This document shows positions 21,737-36,273 of a stretch of 64,000 nucleotides of DNA, piece by piece; positions within the stretch are counted from its first letter, which is position 1; each line of letters opens with the position of its first letter. Where the stretch lies: contig OZ024750.1 in the NCBI GenBank assembly GCA_964016885.1, forward strand, positions 44,454,001 through 44,518,000. The letters are read 5' to 3'. Source of the DNA: Eledone cirrhosa (Eukaryota). The notes below the pieces were generated by a model. It did not search any database and was not told the DNA's origin. It saw only the letters and a program-made list of their open reading frames with translations. Position numbers and translations under genes: made by a program.

Positions 21737-22615
21737 TCTTTGATTATTATTATTATCGATAGTGTTTACCCCAGCATTAGAGGTAGACTTAGATGGTACA
21801 CTTGGTGTCAGGTTTCTTACAGGCATAGTTGTTTCAAGGCACTGTTCGACCTGGCTGCTATGAAGTCTAGTAGCATGGCGACCTGTAGCACGTGTTGTTG
21901 ATCCCATGTTTGTTGTGAGGGACTTACAATTAATAATTGTTTCTACTTTTGGCACAAGGCCAACAAATACCCAGTACATTACTGGTACTTTATTTTATCG
22001 ACCCCGTAAGGATGAAAGGCAAAGTTTAACCTCGGCAGGATTTGAACTCAGACCGTAAAGGGGACGTAACTATGCTGGGAAGCATGGCGTCCGCCTCTCT
22101 ACCAATACTGCCAATTCAACAAACGTCGCTTGTTGGCGTAATTGTTTCGCTGTGAAATATGTTAGCTCTGGGTGTCTTTCGTCCCAGTGTAGCTTCATTC
22201 TGTTCATATAGCCAATGGAGGGATTGTTTTTTGCCATTTTATAACAATTAAATAAATCATCATTAAGTTCGCAACTCCAAGAGAAATGCGATTTATAATT
22301 TCGGTTTCTTCTGTAGCTACAACTGAATAAATTTTGATTACCTTCTTTGTTATTTGTCTTCGGTACTTCCTTAATTTTATTGTTGATGTTGTGTTCAGCC
22401 ATGCTGTTTGTAGCAAATCCTTGTAAAATGAATTATGTATTTAGTCGGATATCTCTACAAATTCGAATAAAAGGTGTCTTCAGAAGGGATAGTTAGAAGA
22501 ATAACCAGTTATTCAAGATGACTGTAGTTGTGGCATTACTGACGGAGATAGTATTCATCTTAAATTTAATAAATAGTCTCCCACGCCAAAATATGCGACT
22601 GATCGCGTTGACTGT
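21737..22615 (-). pseudogene. 5' part of the same older R4-like element, interrupted by a SINE at about 21932-22117
   Basis: ORF 22070-22402 encodes the R4-type N-terminus WSCELNDDLFNCY...GYMNRMKLHWDERHPEL...LRQQA. The frame continues through RNLTPSVPSKSTS...TIDNNNN into the (AAT)n tract. The 5' boundary is approximate and abuts (TATG)n. Confidence 0.7.
21932..22117 (-). mobile_element. SINE family A copy inside the old R4-like ORF
   Basis: Full consensus match. Confidence 0.88.
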
Positions 22616-22624
22616 CTATGTATG

Positions 22625-22658
<34 letters not shown>

Positions 22659-22837
22659 TGTATGTATGTATGTATGTATGTATGTATGTATGTATGTATG
22701 TATGGATGGATGTATGTATGTATGTATGTATGTATTTATATATGTATGTAAGTATGTATGTGGGTATAAATGTATGTATGTAAGTATGTAATATCTATGT
22801 ATTTTAAGTATGTATGTGTGTATGCATGTACTCATTG

Positions 22838-22882
<45 letters not shown>

Positions 22883-23056
22883 ATAATAATAAATTTGAAG
22901 ACTAAAATCCAAAGAGGGCTCTATAAGGATGAATATATATCAAATATATAAGAACCGTAGAGCAAATATTTATTAAAATAACAGATTAAAGTTTCAGAAA
23001 ATACCGTTAAGGGTGAAAGCAGCGATTCTTTGCTTAAACTTTAATCTGTTATTTTA

Positions 23057-23137
<81 letters not shown>

Positions 23138-23186
23138 GATAAATCTACCAAAAGTTTACATATATGTATAGACGTACAGTAGTATG

Positions 23187-23221
<35 letters not shown>

Positions 23222-23628
23222 GCATACATATATATATGTACGCATGGATTCACCGAACATATATTATAATGCTCGGTGTGGTTGTAAACAAACATCCCGT
23301 ATTAAGCCGTAGTGTCTAGCAACCATCGTTGCTCGTTTGTTCAACACTGACAAAGGAACGCTGTACTAGTTTCAAGCTTATTAGCTATCGGCAGCAACAT
23401 ATACCTTCCTGCCATATTGTTGACAGTATATACTTACCTTATGCATATTAACGGCTGAGTAAGCCAATTTGCATATCGAGTGGGTTAATCGGCCCGGTGC
23501 ACCGAAAACGATAAACGGAAAAAATGAAACGAAATTTCATTCATACACACATGTGTGGCTATATATATGTGACTACATATATATGTACAATTACGTTAAT
23601 CAATAGTTTTCTGGGACTATATATATAT

Positions 23629-23758
<130 letters not shown>

Positions 23759-24523
23759 ATGTGTATTTATTTGTATGTGTATATATATATATATGTGTAT
23801 GTGTAAATATATATGTGTATGTGTATATACATATGTGTACGTGTATATACATAAGTGTATGTGTATATGCATATGTGTATGTGTATATACACATGTGTAT
23901 GTACATATGAGTATGTGTATATACATATGTGTATACATATGTATATGTGTACATACATATATGTATGTGTGTGTGTGTGTGTGGTGTTGGGCATGTGTAT
24001 GCCCGTGTTTGTGCTGTGTGTATATGTGTGAAAGTCTGTGTGCATTACACACAAAACATATATTGGTGATGTACAACACACAAAACATATTTTGGTGACG
24101 TTTAACACTCAAGCATATATTAATGACGTATAACACATTCAAAGTGCTCGATGCACCATATGATACATGTGAGTAACTTATATGTATATATGTATATATG
24201 TATGTATATATGTATGTCAGTATGTATGTATGCATTTATGTATGTGTGTATGTATTTATGTATGTATGTATATATACAGGCATGTATATGTGTGTGTATG
24301 TATGCATATATTCAGCTATGTATGTATCCACGTTTTCTATGTGCATGTAGATTATATATATATATATACACATTCCTATGTATATATATATATATACACA
24401 TTCCTATGTATATATATATATATACACATTCCTATGTATATATATATAAATATATATGTACGCATTTATACTTGCATATATAAGTATATATATATATATA
24501 CTTATATATGTAAGTATAAATGC

Positions 24524-24592
<69 letters not shown>

Positions 24593-24593
24593 C

Positions 24594-24624
<31 letters not shown>

Positions 24625-24625
24625 T

Positions 24626-24656
<31 letters not shown>

Positions 24657-24816
24657 GTATGTATATATATATATATATGCATGGTTTAATATACACACAC
24701 ACTCTTTCTCTGTCATACACACACAAAAACATACCCCCCCCCCACATATATATATACACATACATATATCTATATATATATATATATGTATGTATGTATA
24801 TATATATATATATATT

Positions 24817-24909
<93 letters not shown>

Positions 24910-24922
24910 ATATTTATATATA

Positions 24923-25091
24923 TCACGGGCGCTCTATCTCAAAATTATTTTTGAAAAGCATTAGAAATGCGCAACCGGTAAAACTTAAAACCAAAACTGT
25001 ATACTAACCAATACTATTACTAATTTTTACTTATTCCTAATTAAACTATTTTTCACTGGGAACAATTTGTCAGCATTTTCTTTTCCGTTTA

Positions 25092-25096
<5 letters not shown>
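24923..25096. repeat. (TA)n-flanked interspersed repeat; inverted copy at 51233-51405
   Basis: About 170-bp reverse-complement match. Confidence 0.8.
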
Positions 25097-25126
<30 letters not shown>

Positions 25127-25253
25127 AAAGTTATATTTAAATTGTTGGGTTACAACGAGTAAATATTTATAACTGATATAAAAGCACTCAACAAGTATTT
25201 GGAGTATATTTACGATATTAAATAAATGGAAATTATATTTATAAAACCATATC

Positions 25254-25319
25254 TATTTCACTATATATATTTCAGGGATATCATATTAAAAATATGTTAT
25301 GCCTTCTTCAGACAAAATA
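25254..25319 (-). ncRNA. Minimal type-I hammerhead in a fold-back unit
   Basis: tattttgt-CTGAAGA-aggcataacatatt..aatatgatatccct-GAAA-tatata TA^gtgaaata. Confidence 0.7.
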
Positions 25320-25530
25320 CAATATAAACAGTCTTATAAATAGATAGATTCGACATACCTTTCAATATCGACTTGCATTTGAAAAGTTGATTTGGTAGAC
25401 TACCAAATCAACTTTTCAAATGCAAGTCGATATTGAAAGTTATGTCGAATCTATCTATTTATAAGACTGTTTATATTGTATTTTGTCTGAAGAAGGCATA
25501 ACATATTTTTAATATGATATCCCTGAAATA

Positions 25531-25534
<4 letters not shown>
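25264..25534. repeat. About 270-bp palindrome with outward-facing hammerheads
   Basis: Centre ...gatttggtag/actaccaaatc... near 25399; the arms are almost identical. Confidence 0.9.
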
Positions 25535-25561
<27 letters not shown>

Positions 25562-26059
25562 TCGGGCTGTTCGTTTGTTTACAAACAAACAAACCGAGCA
25601 TTACAATAAATGTTCGGTAAACCGATACGTGCATATATATATATGTGTGCATGCATATATATATTTACATACTACTTTACGTCTGTATACATATATGTAT
25701 GTACGTATACATACATACATACTTACATTTAAGTACTAAGAGTGAGAAATGAAATTTCGTTTCATTCTAATCCATGTATATATATATATATATGTATATA
25801 TATTATGCTGAAAGAATAACCATGTTGCTTGTGTTTATTTCCATCTTCGGTTAGCTTTACCCTGTGTTGTTTACTTGTCTCACTCGCTTTACGCGTTTCT
25901 ATTGTCCTAATAACTTATTTTAGTTATTATCGCTCCAACGTGAGGTATATGATTTTTAATGCGATGAAATACCCATGATCGTTTGGTAAATCACTGATGA
26001 GGGACTCATTTTATAACATGTTATCCATGTGCAACCAGCAGTTTTCTTCTCACCCATAT

Positions 26060-26103
<44 letters not shown>

Positions 26104-26225
26104 ATATATATATATATGTGAGTGGGGGGGGGCGATGTTTTTGTGTGTGTATGACAGAGAAAGAGTGTGTGTGTATATTAAACCATGCATTTAACAAACA
26201 TTCGTATGTATATTCATACACGCGT

Positions 26226-26285
<60 letters not shown>

Positions 26286-26466
26286 TAGCGTGGAAGCTGG
26301 ATGTTAAACGATGATGATGATGATGATATATATACATATATATTTAACATAAAAATATTACTTATCTGATTCTACGTCCTTGAATGATCTCAGGAGACAT
26401 AATCGCTCTAGTAGCTAGATTGGCTGACATGTGTGTGTGTACATACGTATTTGTGCGTGTATGTGT

Positions 26467-26549
<83 letters not shown>

Positions 26550-27449
26550 TATATATATGCATATGTATATACATGCGTACATGCAAGCATACACCACCCT
26601 ATCCATACACCCATGCATACATACATACACACATATACACACATACATACATATATACATAACTACGTACATACAGGTATACACTGCGGTTTCTCCGTGA
26701 TACAAATTGGTTTGTTTGTCAAAATATTGTAAGGAACATTTGGTGCAAATAAATTGTTTTTCTACAGGGTGGCCTTTACTAAGAGTGAATATCTTACCCA
26801 ATAAATGGGCCTTATTCACAAGGTTTATGTTAAGGGATAAAAGGGTTTTTGTGTGAGGGACAAAGAAGAAATTCTTTTAAATATACGTGTTAACAAGGAT
26901 TGACGAACGTGATAGGAGGAAAAGTAAAAGAGGTCAGGGTGGGAGAGAAATGAATTGTGTTGTATTGTGATGAGGTTTGGTGTTTCACCATACATTTGTA
27001 GCAATCTGTATTCATAAACACATACATGTATTAAAGCACATACATACACATACATTAATGGCACTCCCTATGTTACGACGACGAGTGTTCCAGTTGATGC
27101 AATTGGACTAGCCTGTTCGTGAAATTAACGAGTATGTGGCTGAGCATTCCACAAACACGTGTATTTTATTGTAGTACTCAGGGAGATTTAGCGTGGCACA
27201 GAATGGGACAAGGCTGGCCCTAAGAATTACAGGTACGACACATTTTTGCCAGCTGAATGGACTGGAATAATGTGAAATAAAGTGTCTTGCTGAAGAACAC
27301 AACACATCACCTGGTCTTGGATTTGAACTCACAATCATAATCTTAAGCGTTCAACGCTCCAACCACAAAGCCACGAGTCTTCACAGCCTTACACACTTAC
27401 ATACATACACATATACATACATCCACACCCAGATACTTACATTCATACC

Positions 27450-27975
27450 TCCATGGTGGCTGCACACTCTGTTGAGAGTACTGCAATCGCTTGTCAGATT
27501 ACAGAAGACGGTGCACCTTTAGGCTACGCCCAGCCACACGAACCTGTAACATATCCTGAACAAGCAATGCCTGTTTTGAAGGTTTTTTAAGTGGTGAAAG
27601 GCCTTGCACTCGACCAATCCAACTCTTTGAGCATCGAAAACACTATCCGTAAAGGCGAACTGGCCAACATCATCGGATGCTTCCGAAGTCGCAGGTTTTT
27701 TGGGGGGAGTTTCCCTTTCCTAGAAATGTGTTGTGACAAAAACTGGGGGCCTTTCACACCCAGGTGAAAAAAAAGTACTATTTGGATGGCCGTTGACTCT
27801 GCGGAGTTCCTTCTCTCCTCGACGCGTCTTGTATTTCATCCCGCAGGGTGTCCAAATATCACCCTCCTCACCAAGCAAGCTTGGTGGGGGATGTCGGTTT
27901 AGTCGCCGACAACCCAACCATGAGACAGGTTGTACTGGGTTACATGTTACCAGTAGCACTCGAAAGTGACCTGAC
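27450..27975 (-). mobile_element. Non-coding element with RTE-like 5' UTR features (second copy at 59132-59740)
   Basis: Both copies share both termini (TCAGGTCAC...GTGCTACTGGTAA and GCAGCCACCAT) and an internal CTAGGA(G)AAGG..AAACTC motif. Both are flanked by (CATA)n. Confidence 0.6.
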
Positions 27976-28066
27976 ATACATATATACATACACACATACA
28001 TACACACAAACAACGCTATAATTGTAGCGTGTTTTTCAATGGCTGAAATGACTCGTCGTCAATGTA

Positions 28067-28238
28067 CCGTATTTCCCGGCGCCGAAGACGCTTCGTCTTC
28101 GAGGACGCACCCTAATTTTGACAACCAAAAAAATAAAAAATAAATAAAAATAACAACCTTCGGCCTCCAGGAGCTATGGTAGAATTTTGAGACTCTTTTT
28201 TAGGAAAAAAGTAGCGTCTTCAACGCTGGGAAATACGG
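28067..28238. mobile_element. Tc1/mariner-pogo-type MITE
   Basis: TIRs CCGTATTTCCCGGCG / CGCTGGGAAATACGG, flanked by TA. Confidence 0.85.
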
Positions 28239-28979
28239 TAATTGCTTTAGTTTCAACTCAGGTTCTTGGATCACGTCCCTTGACAGACAAATACAAAATA
28301 CCATGTGTTGTTGTTTTATCTCAGCTCAGCAATGGAGAACAAACGTATGTTGAATGATATGAAACCGTGATTGGCAATACCATTTTTTTCATACATAGTG
28401 TATCTAGGATTATATTAACTAATGTACTAAACAATTTAGAATGGCAGAGATGCCATACATATCGTTGCTTTGTACCAGGCTGAACTATGATAATAAACAA
28501 TACAAAACGATCATACCATCTTTTTTTAGACATTTTATCTCGGATTACATTATCTAATATGTTTAAAAAATCAAGTTATTTCTCAGGGTATTACACGAGA
28601 GAGACTTGGCTGCAGTTTCTAGAAGTTAGAGCACTTCGTACAGTCTGCTTTATTGTCGGCTGAAGAATTGATAATATATATTGGAAAAAGCCCCATAAAT
28701 ATGTTCGTTTTGTTGTTTATTTCTAGATGAACCCAGAAAAAGATTACACAGATATTTCACCACGGCCATCCATCTTTTAATTTATTCAGACATTGTGTAT
28801 ATTATGTGCTACAAAATTAAGATGGTGGAAAATTCATACTGTGTTGCTGTTTAGTACCAAGGAAACTCTAATTTAGTACATCTATGACCACAGATAATCC
28901 ATCCTTTCGAGCCGTCGTTTTTTTTCTAATTTAGATATAGTGTATCTAGGAATACACTGTCGAATGTGTCAAAAAATAA

Positions 28980-29168
28980 AATAACTGTTTCTACGTTAGG
29001 CACAAGGCCAGCAATTACCCAGTGCGTTACTGGTACTTTATTTTATCGACCCCGTAAGGATGAAAGGCAAAGTTAACCTTGGCGGGATTTGAACTCAGAT
29101 TGGCAAGGGCCGTAACTCTATACGTCAAAGTATGGCGTCCGACCCTCTACCGATACTGGCAATTCACG
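28980..29168 (-). mobile_element. SINE family A copy (others at 29805-29991 -, 30400-30598 +, 41390-41592 +, 45054-45240 +, 57884-58073 -, 58100-58280 +)
   Basis: Full consensus match. Confidence 0.88.
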
Positions 29169-30002
29169 GTAGGATACTATGTGAGAGAGTCTTGACCGCT
29201 ATTTCTAGCTGTTTGTGTGACCACATACAACCTGCCTAGAGCCGCCCTCGTCCGCTCATCATAATAGGTTGGATTTGATGACCATGGCTGTGGTGAAAAA
29301 TATAGAGACGGCATTGTAATATAGAATAGAAGGAAGGGAGTGGGAGTAACTGGAGAAGGACAAAATGGAAGGAGAAAGTTAAAGGGGACGAGGCGGAGTG
29401 GAGGGGGGAGTAGAAGTGGGACAGGAGAAGGGGAGGAGGAGAAGTGGTAGTAGAAGGGGAGGAGGTGGGGAGGAGGAGAAGGGGTAGAAGGAAAAGTGAG
29501 AGACGGCGAAGTGGGAGAAAGAGAAAGGGGAGGAGAAGTGGGAGGAGGAGAAGGGGGAGGAGTAGGGGAGAAGAAGGGGAGAAGGAGAGGGGACATATGA
29601 GATAGAAAGGAAATAGTATGCATTTTTTGTACTTTTTATTAAGTTATTTTTGTAACTTCTGTTTTTATTTTTTGGTAATTTTAAAGTCTTTGCATGGTTC
29701 ATGGAGGCTCAACGAATCGGAACATCTGTGTATGGCAGTCTTCTTCTTCTTCTTCTTTTTCTTCTTACTATCATGATTAGCATCATCATCATCATGCTTA
29801 TAATAATAATTGTTTCTACTTTAGGCACAAGGCCAGCAATTAACCAGTGCATTACTGGTACTTTATTTTATCGACCCCGTAAGGATGAAAGGCAAAGTTG
29901 ACCTCGGCGGGATTTGAACTCAGACTGCAAAGGGCCATAACTCTATGCTGCAAAGCATGGCGTCCGACCTTCTACCAATACTGCCAATCCAGTGATAATA
30001 AT

Positions 30003-30071
30003 GATTTCATTTATTAGTCACAAGGGCCGACATGTAGGGGACAATACAAAGACAAGGACAGTGGGGGTTTT
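30003..30071 (-). mobile_element. Tx1 3'-UTR-only fragment in (ATT)n
   Basis: TGTCTTTGTATTGTCCCCT...GGCCCTTGTGACTAATAAATGAAATC-ATTATTAT; TAA repeats on both sides. Confidence 0.7.
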
Positions 30072-30703
30072 GATAATAATAATATAAATGGTGGTAATTT
30101 CTTTATTTAATATATGTGCGTTTGTGATTATATGTGTGTCTGTGTGTGTGTGTGTGTGTTTTGGCATCTGTGTGTACGTCTGTATGTGTGATATTTCTTC
30201 TTCTTAATAAGTGGACAAAGAAGGAATATCACACACACACACACACAGAGACGCACAAACATACATACGCACACACACATACATACACACAAACAGACAC
30301 ACACACATAATCACAAACACCCATATATAGAGTGCATGTAGCAGGAGAAGAAGTAGTAAAGGTCAGAAGAAAATATTACAAAACAAAGACAATATTGGTC
30401 GGATTGGCGGCAGAATCGGTAGAGCGTCGGACGCCATGTTTTGCAGCAAAGAGTTACAGCCCTTTATGATCTGAGTTCAAATCCCGCCGAGGTTAACTTT
30501 GCCTTTCATCCTTACGGGGTCGATAAAATAAAGTACCAGTCACGCACTGGGTTCGAGTCAATCAAAATTGCTGGCCTTGTGCCTATATAAGAAACCAATA
30601 TTGGTTATAGAGAGGTTGTATACTCCGAGAAGCTACGAAGTCACGTCGTATTTCAGGGTGGCACCCACATAAATTCCATTAGACCCATACATGTACACAC
30701 ACG

Positions 30704-30748
<45 letters not shown>

Positions 30749-30972
30749 TCCCGATTTTGAATACATATATTCAAAATCGGGAGCATATAGGACAGAGACA
30801 ATGAGAAAAAAATATATGGATAGTCGGACTGCCCATATCCTCAATCAAACTCTGAAAATCACCACGGTTTCCGCATTTATACTCCTGTTCCAGCCACCCA
30901 GCTGAGGCCATGCTTGTTCACCACCCTTGTAGAAAAATATGGAACGCTTCACGAATTTGCGTGTCATATACA

Positions 30973-31009
<37 letters not shown>

Positions 31010-31019
31010 AACGAGTAGG

Positions 31020-31204
31020 ACCCCGACGGCTGAGCTCAAGCCGTTTCGACGGCTAATTGTAGACTAAAAAATATTTTAGTACAGAATTAGCCGTCGAAAC
31101 GGCTTGAGCTCAGCCGTCAGGCTATTACCCACTCTACTACCCTAATTATTGAGTATTTTGGTGCGTTATGGTCCACCTGGTTCCTTACCACATTTCCTTT
31201 GTTA
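31020..31204. repeat. Fold-back repeat family centred on a GACGGCTA...TAGCCGTC hairpin (also 34132-34312, 35070-35150, 38245-38431, 57430-57587)
   Basis: Five related copies, all adjacent to (TA)n. Confidence 0.8.
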
Positions 31205-31441
31205 TATATATATATATATATATAGTAATAATAATAAATTTGATGACTAAAATCCAAAGAGGGCTCGATAAGGATAAATATATATCAAATATATAAGAAC
31301 CGTAGAGCAAATATTTATTAAAATAACAGATTAAAGTTTAAGCAAAGAATCGCTGCTTTCACCCTTAACGGGATCTTCTGAAACTAACAAAGGGTGAAAG
31401 CACCGATTCTTTGCTTAAACTTTAATCTGTTATTTTAATAA

Positions 31442-31481
<40 letters not shown>

Positions 31482-33734
31482 GCTTATATAATTAAATAAA
31501 TATATTTGAAGATTACACTTGTCTGGTAAGATCTAAGGCTGTGTGTTGAAATTAAGACAGTAAGTGTCGGTAAGGCCATGTATGCATTTGCGGTGTAGTC
31601 TTGGCCATGACAATATCTTTCACAAAATATAAATAATATATAGTAAAGTAAGTTATATATATATATATATTTATATATGAGATAACAGGTTATCGTTATG
31701 GCAGTCGACTGCCGTATAGCGAACCATGTCACTCTTCTTTCTTGAATTATTATTATATATATATATAATAAATTAAATATATATATAAATATATATATAT
31801 AATAAATATATATATAATAAAATAAATATATATATAAATATATATATATAATAAAATAAATATGGTTTTATAAATATAGTTTCCATTTATTAATATCATT
31901 GATATATACATATATATATATAACACCACCCCACTCTCAAGAGCGTGAAATTAATAAACATTCGTTGTACTGCCTCTCTGTTTTGTTCCTGTTCAAATTT
32001 TCCATTATATATATATACATATATATATATATAAATATATCAATGATATTAATAAATGGAAACTATATTTATAAAACCATATTTATTTTATTATATATAT
32101 TTCAAGGGTACCATAAACATTTTTGTACGCCCACATCAGATAAAATACAAAATTTGTTTTATAAATAGTGACATACCCCAGAAACCAAATCTTATCGGTT
32201 GAGGTTCCATTTGGATAGTTAAAGAAAAAGAGAAACATTTCAAATCTTTAGGTAGGATATGCAAATGATGTAGAAGCGTAGACTGAAAAAATCGTTATAT
32301 TTAAATAATTATTAAGATACTTTATAAAAGAAGAAGATGAAGAAGAAGGAAGAAAGATAGGCTAATATTATTATTAGGGTTCAAGTACATTTAAAAATAA
32401 AAAATAAAAAATAAAAAATGTGTTGAAGTGGTAGAATACTAATCCAAAAATTTAAAAATATATAACTAAAGGTGTGTATAAATAGTAAAAATTACTGTTC
32501 CACACCTTAATTACAAATTTAATTCCAAAGATAAGGAACCGGAACAGTTTTTCTCTGAGTTACTTATACTTTGATGAAAGGAATTTTTAAGTCTTGGAAT
32601 ATTGGGACAAAAGAAACAGCAGCAACAAAAACAAACACAGATTACCAGGTAACTAAATATTTCATTACCGTCATCTTATCGTCCATTTTGCATTGTTAGT
32701 CTTATATAACTTTCCACATTATATAATATATAATATATAATGCTTCAAGCAGGCTACAACCTTTTATTATATATAAAGTAAAGTTAATATTTTCTGTGCA
32801 TGTATAAATGGTTAAAATTACTCTTCCATACTGTAATTACAAATAAACATATTTTTATTACATTACTGAGATATTCTTCAGTTTTAACCAGAATTTCGCT
32901 AGTTCTCACTAATCACACAAGAGGAACGGATAAAGTCAGAGATTTAGTGGAGGGTATTTTCAAAAATATTATTAAAATATACAATATTATATACTTTGGT
33001 AGTATGCATTTTTTTGTCGTTTTGCAAACCCGTATATACCTCTAAATCTCTTTCTCACTTTCTCTGGAAGAAATCTGCTGTATTCTAGCCTGGAGAGGAC
33101 ATGATCGCCGCCAGGTTTAAAAAACGTCGTACGTCAATATGGCACCCCTACGACACCTAGAGAATTTACGGGTCCATACCATACCTCATTGTTTTTGGTC
33201 TCCGTTGGTTCCCTCGAAGATTGCACTAGTTTTACTTTTACCAACGAAACATCATGAAATTAACATGCGTGTGGATGAAGATTCCACAGAAATGTGTACC
33301 AACCACAAATTTCTCAGGGAGATTCAGCATGAGAGTGTATTAAAACGCTGGAAATTGAATTACACGTAAAACTAATATTTTCTCATCTTATGAGACAAGT
33401 ACAACATGAATTATATTTCATGATCACGGACACAACGCGTTCCTGGGAATCGATCTTACGGCTTTACTACCGTGGGCTGACCATCCAAAACATTAACACA
33501 TGTGACACTACTAATATAGATAATCACATAAATAAATAAGAAAATAAGTAAATAGATAAATAAATAAATAAGTGTGTGGATCCTGTAATGAGTACCCAGA
33601 GAAATGAATGTGTATAAAGCGAAGCGTGTGATTGACGGACAAACAAAAAATTTGCTAAGCCGTGTCCCGCAGTTTATGCCAACTACAGTCTAAACGAATA
33701 TTTTATGTATTGAATACAGATCGGTGCAGGTAGG

Positions 33735-33782
<48 letters not shown>

Positions 33783-33898
33783 ATATAATATAATATAATA
33801 TAATATAATATAATATAATATAATATAATACACATACATACACATACACGCACACACACAGATATATCTATATATCTATATCTATATATCTATATCTA

Positions 33899-33969
<71 letters not shown>

Positions 33970-34078
33970 TATATATATATATATATATAGTTTAATAAAT
34001 GAACAGAGAACAAAAAACAGAGAGGCAGTACAAATGATATTGTTTTCGTTTCATACGCTTGAGAGTGGGGGGGGGGGG

Positions 34079-34135
<57 letters not shown>

Positions 34136-34653
34136 ATGTTTAACCCCGACGGCAGAGCTCAATCCGTTTCGACGGCTATTTCTGGACTAGAAATAGCGGT
34201 CGAAACAACTTGAGCTCTGCCGTCAGGGTTAAACATTTTCCAACTACCCTAAGTATTGAGTACTCTGGTGCGTTATGGTACATCTGATTCCTTACCACAC
34301 CTCCTTCGTTATATATATATATATATAAGTTGAAATAAAATGAAAACGAAATTTCATTTCTCACTCTTAATACGGCACTTACTTAAATGGAAGTTTCCAA
34401 CAGTAATGGTTGCATTATTTTAGGGTATGTCAATATTTATTTATAAAACTGATCTATATTATATTTTATCTTATGAAAGCACACCATAATTTAACTTGGT
34501 GTCCTTGAAATATGTATAACGAACTAAATATGGTTTTATATATATAGTTTCCATTTGTTAATATCGTATTTTTACTCTAAATATTTGTTGAGTGCTTTAT
34601 ATCAGTTATAAAAATATTTGGTTGTTGTATCCCAACAATTTAAATAGAACTTT

Positions 34654-34709
<56 letters not shown>

Positions 34710-34924
34710 CAAAGAGATATTTAATTTGTTAGTTATTAACAAATTTATTTATAACAGATTCGAAGCATTCTACAGTATTTCTGGACTATAATATCAATGA
34801 TATTTATAAATGGAAACTATATCTATAAAACCATATTTATTTGGATAGTCAAACTATCCAAACTGAACCTCAACCGAAAAGGTCCGGTTTGTTGGGTATG
34901 TCACCATTTATAAAACAAATTTTG

Positions 34925-34985
34925 TATTTTATCTGATGAGCGCGTTCCAAAATTTTGGTACCGTTGAAATATATATAATAAAATA
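34925..34985 (+). ncRNA. Minimal type-I hammerhead (related degenerate copies at 32084-32147 - and 34462-34526 +)
   Basis: tattttat-CTGATGA-[imperfect stem II around ccaaaattttgg]-GAAA-t atat a TA^ataaaata. Stem I is a perfect 8 bp. Confidence 0.72.
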
Positions 34986-35152
34986 AATATGGTTTTATAA
35001 ATATAGTTTCCATTTATTAATATCATTGGTATATATCATTGGTATATTTATTATATATATATATATATATAACAAAGTGGGTGTGGTAAGATACCAGATG
35101 GACCATAACGAAACGGATTTAGCTGTCGAAACGGCCGGAGCTCAGCGGTATA

Positions 35153-35233
<81 letters not shown>

Positions 35234-35406
35234 AATATATATAAACAAAGGGATATTTAATTTGTTGGTAATTCAACAAATATATTTATAACAGATTAGA
35301 AGCACTCGACAGTTTTCTGGAGTATAATATCAATATTAATAAATGGAAACTATATTTATAAAACCATATTTATATTTATATTATATTTATATTTATATTA
35401 TAACAT

Positions 35407-35444
<38 letters not shown>

Positions 35445-35484
35445 GATATTAAACAAATGGAAACTATATTTATAAAACCATATT

Positions 35485-35550
35485 TATTTCATTATACATA
35501 TTTCAGGGACACCATATTAAAAATATGGCATGCCTTCGTCAGATAAAATA
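35485..35550 (-). ncRNA. Minimal type-I hammerhead (family also at 25254-25319 -, 25479-25535 +, 37288-37353 -)
   Basis: tattttat-CTGACGA-aggcatgccatatt ttt aatatggtgtccct-GAAA-t atgt a TA^atgaaata. Position 7 is C, A or G among copies, as expected for the free core position. Confidence 0.82.
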
Positions 35551-35652
35551 CAATATATAAACAGTTTTATAAATAATTTTGACGTACCATATTATAAGCG
35601 ACCATTATATTAGGAAGCTGTCTGGATAGTCAACAATTTTAAATAAAACTTT

Positions 35653-35699
<47 letters not shown>

Positions 35700-36273
35700 C
35701 TTTAGGTTTGTTGGTTCACCACTGGATAGAATTGGTCATTCCGTATGGTCAATCTTGGTGTAATATTGGGGAGAATACTCAACGCAGTGCAGTTTACCCA
35801 TCTTTGTTTGTGTAGTTGGTGGTGCGAATACAGAGTTAATTATAAATAAAAATAACAGGAGGCTGGACTGGTGTAAATCCTTGAAAGGTTTATTATACTA
35901 TGATCATTTCAATGAGGGCGAATGGCCGAGGTGAAGACAGCTAGTTGGTCAGTCGTCCTCTCTGTCTGATTTTTCGGACCCATGGTTTTTACATATTCCT
36001 TTGTTAAATTTCGAATACCTTATGATATCACCGGATTCATATGGAACCCGGTCATTGAAATGACCATAGTATAATAAACCTTTCAAGGATTTACACCAGT
36101 CCAGCCTCCTGATATTTATATATATATAGAGAGAGATTTTGAGTTTATGTTGGTTGATATGACTCCAGTTCCTCAGTGAATTAACAACCCAACAAGGAAC
36201 TGGGCATATCACAGTATTGACAATATTATACACCTAAACAACATATGTACTTGTCTATACGATACTAATTCAA

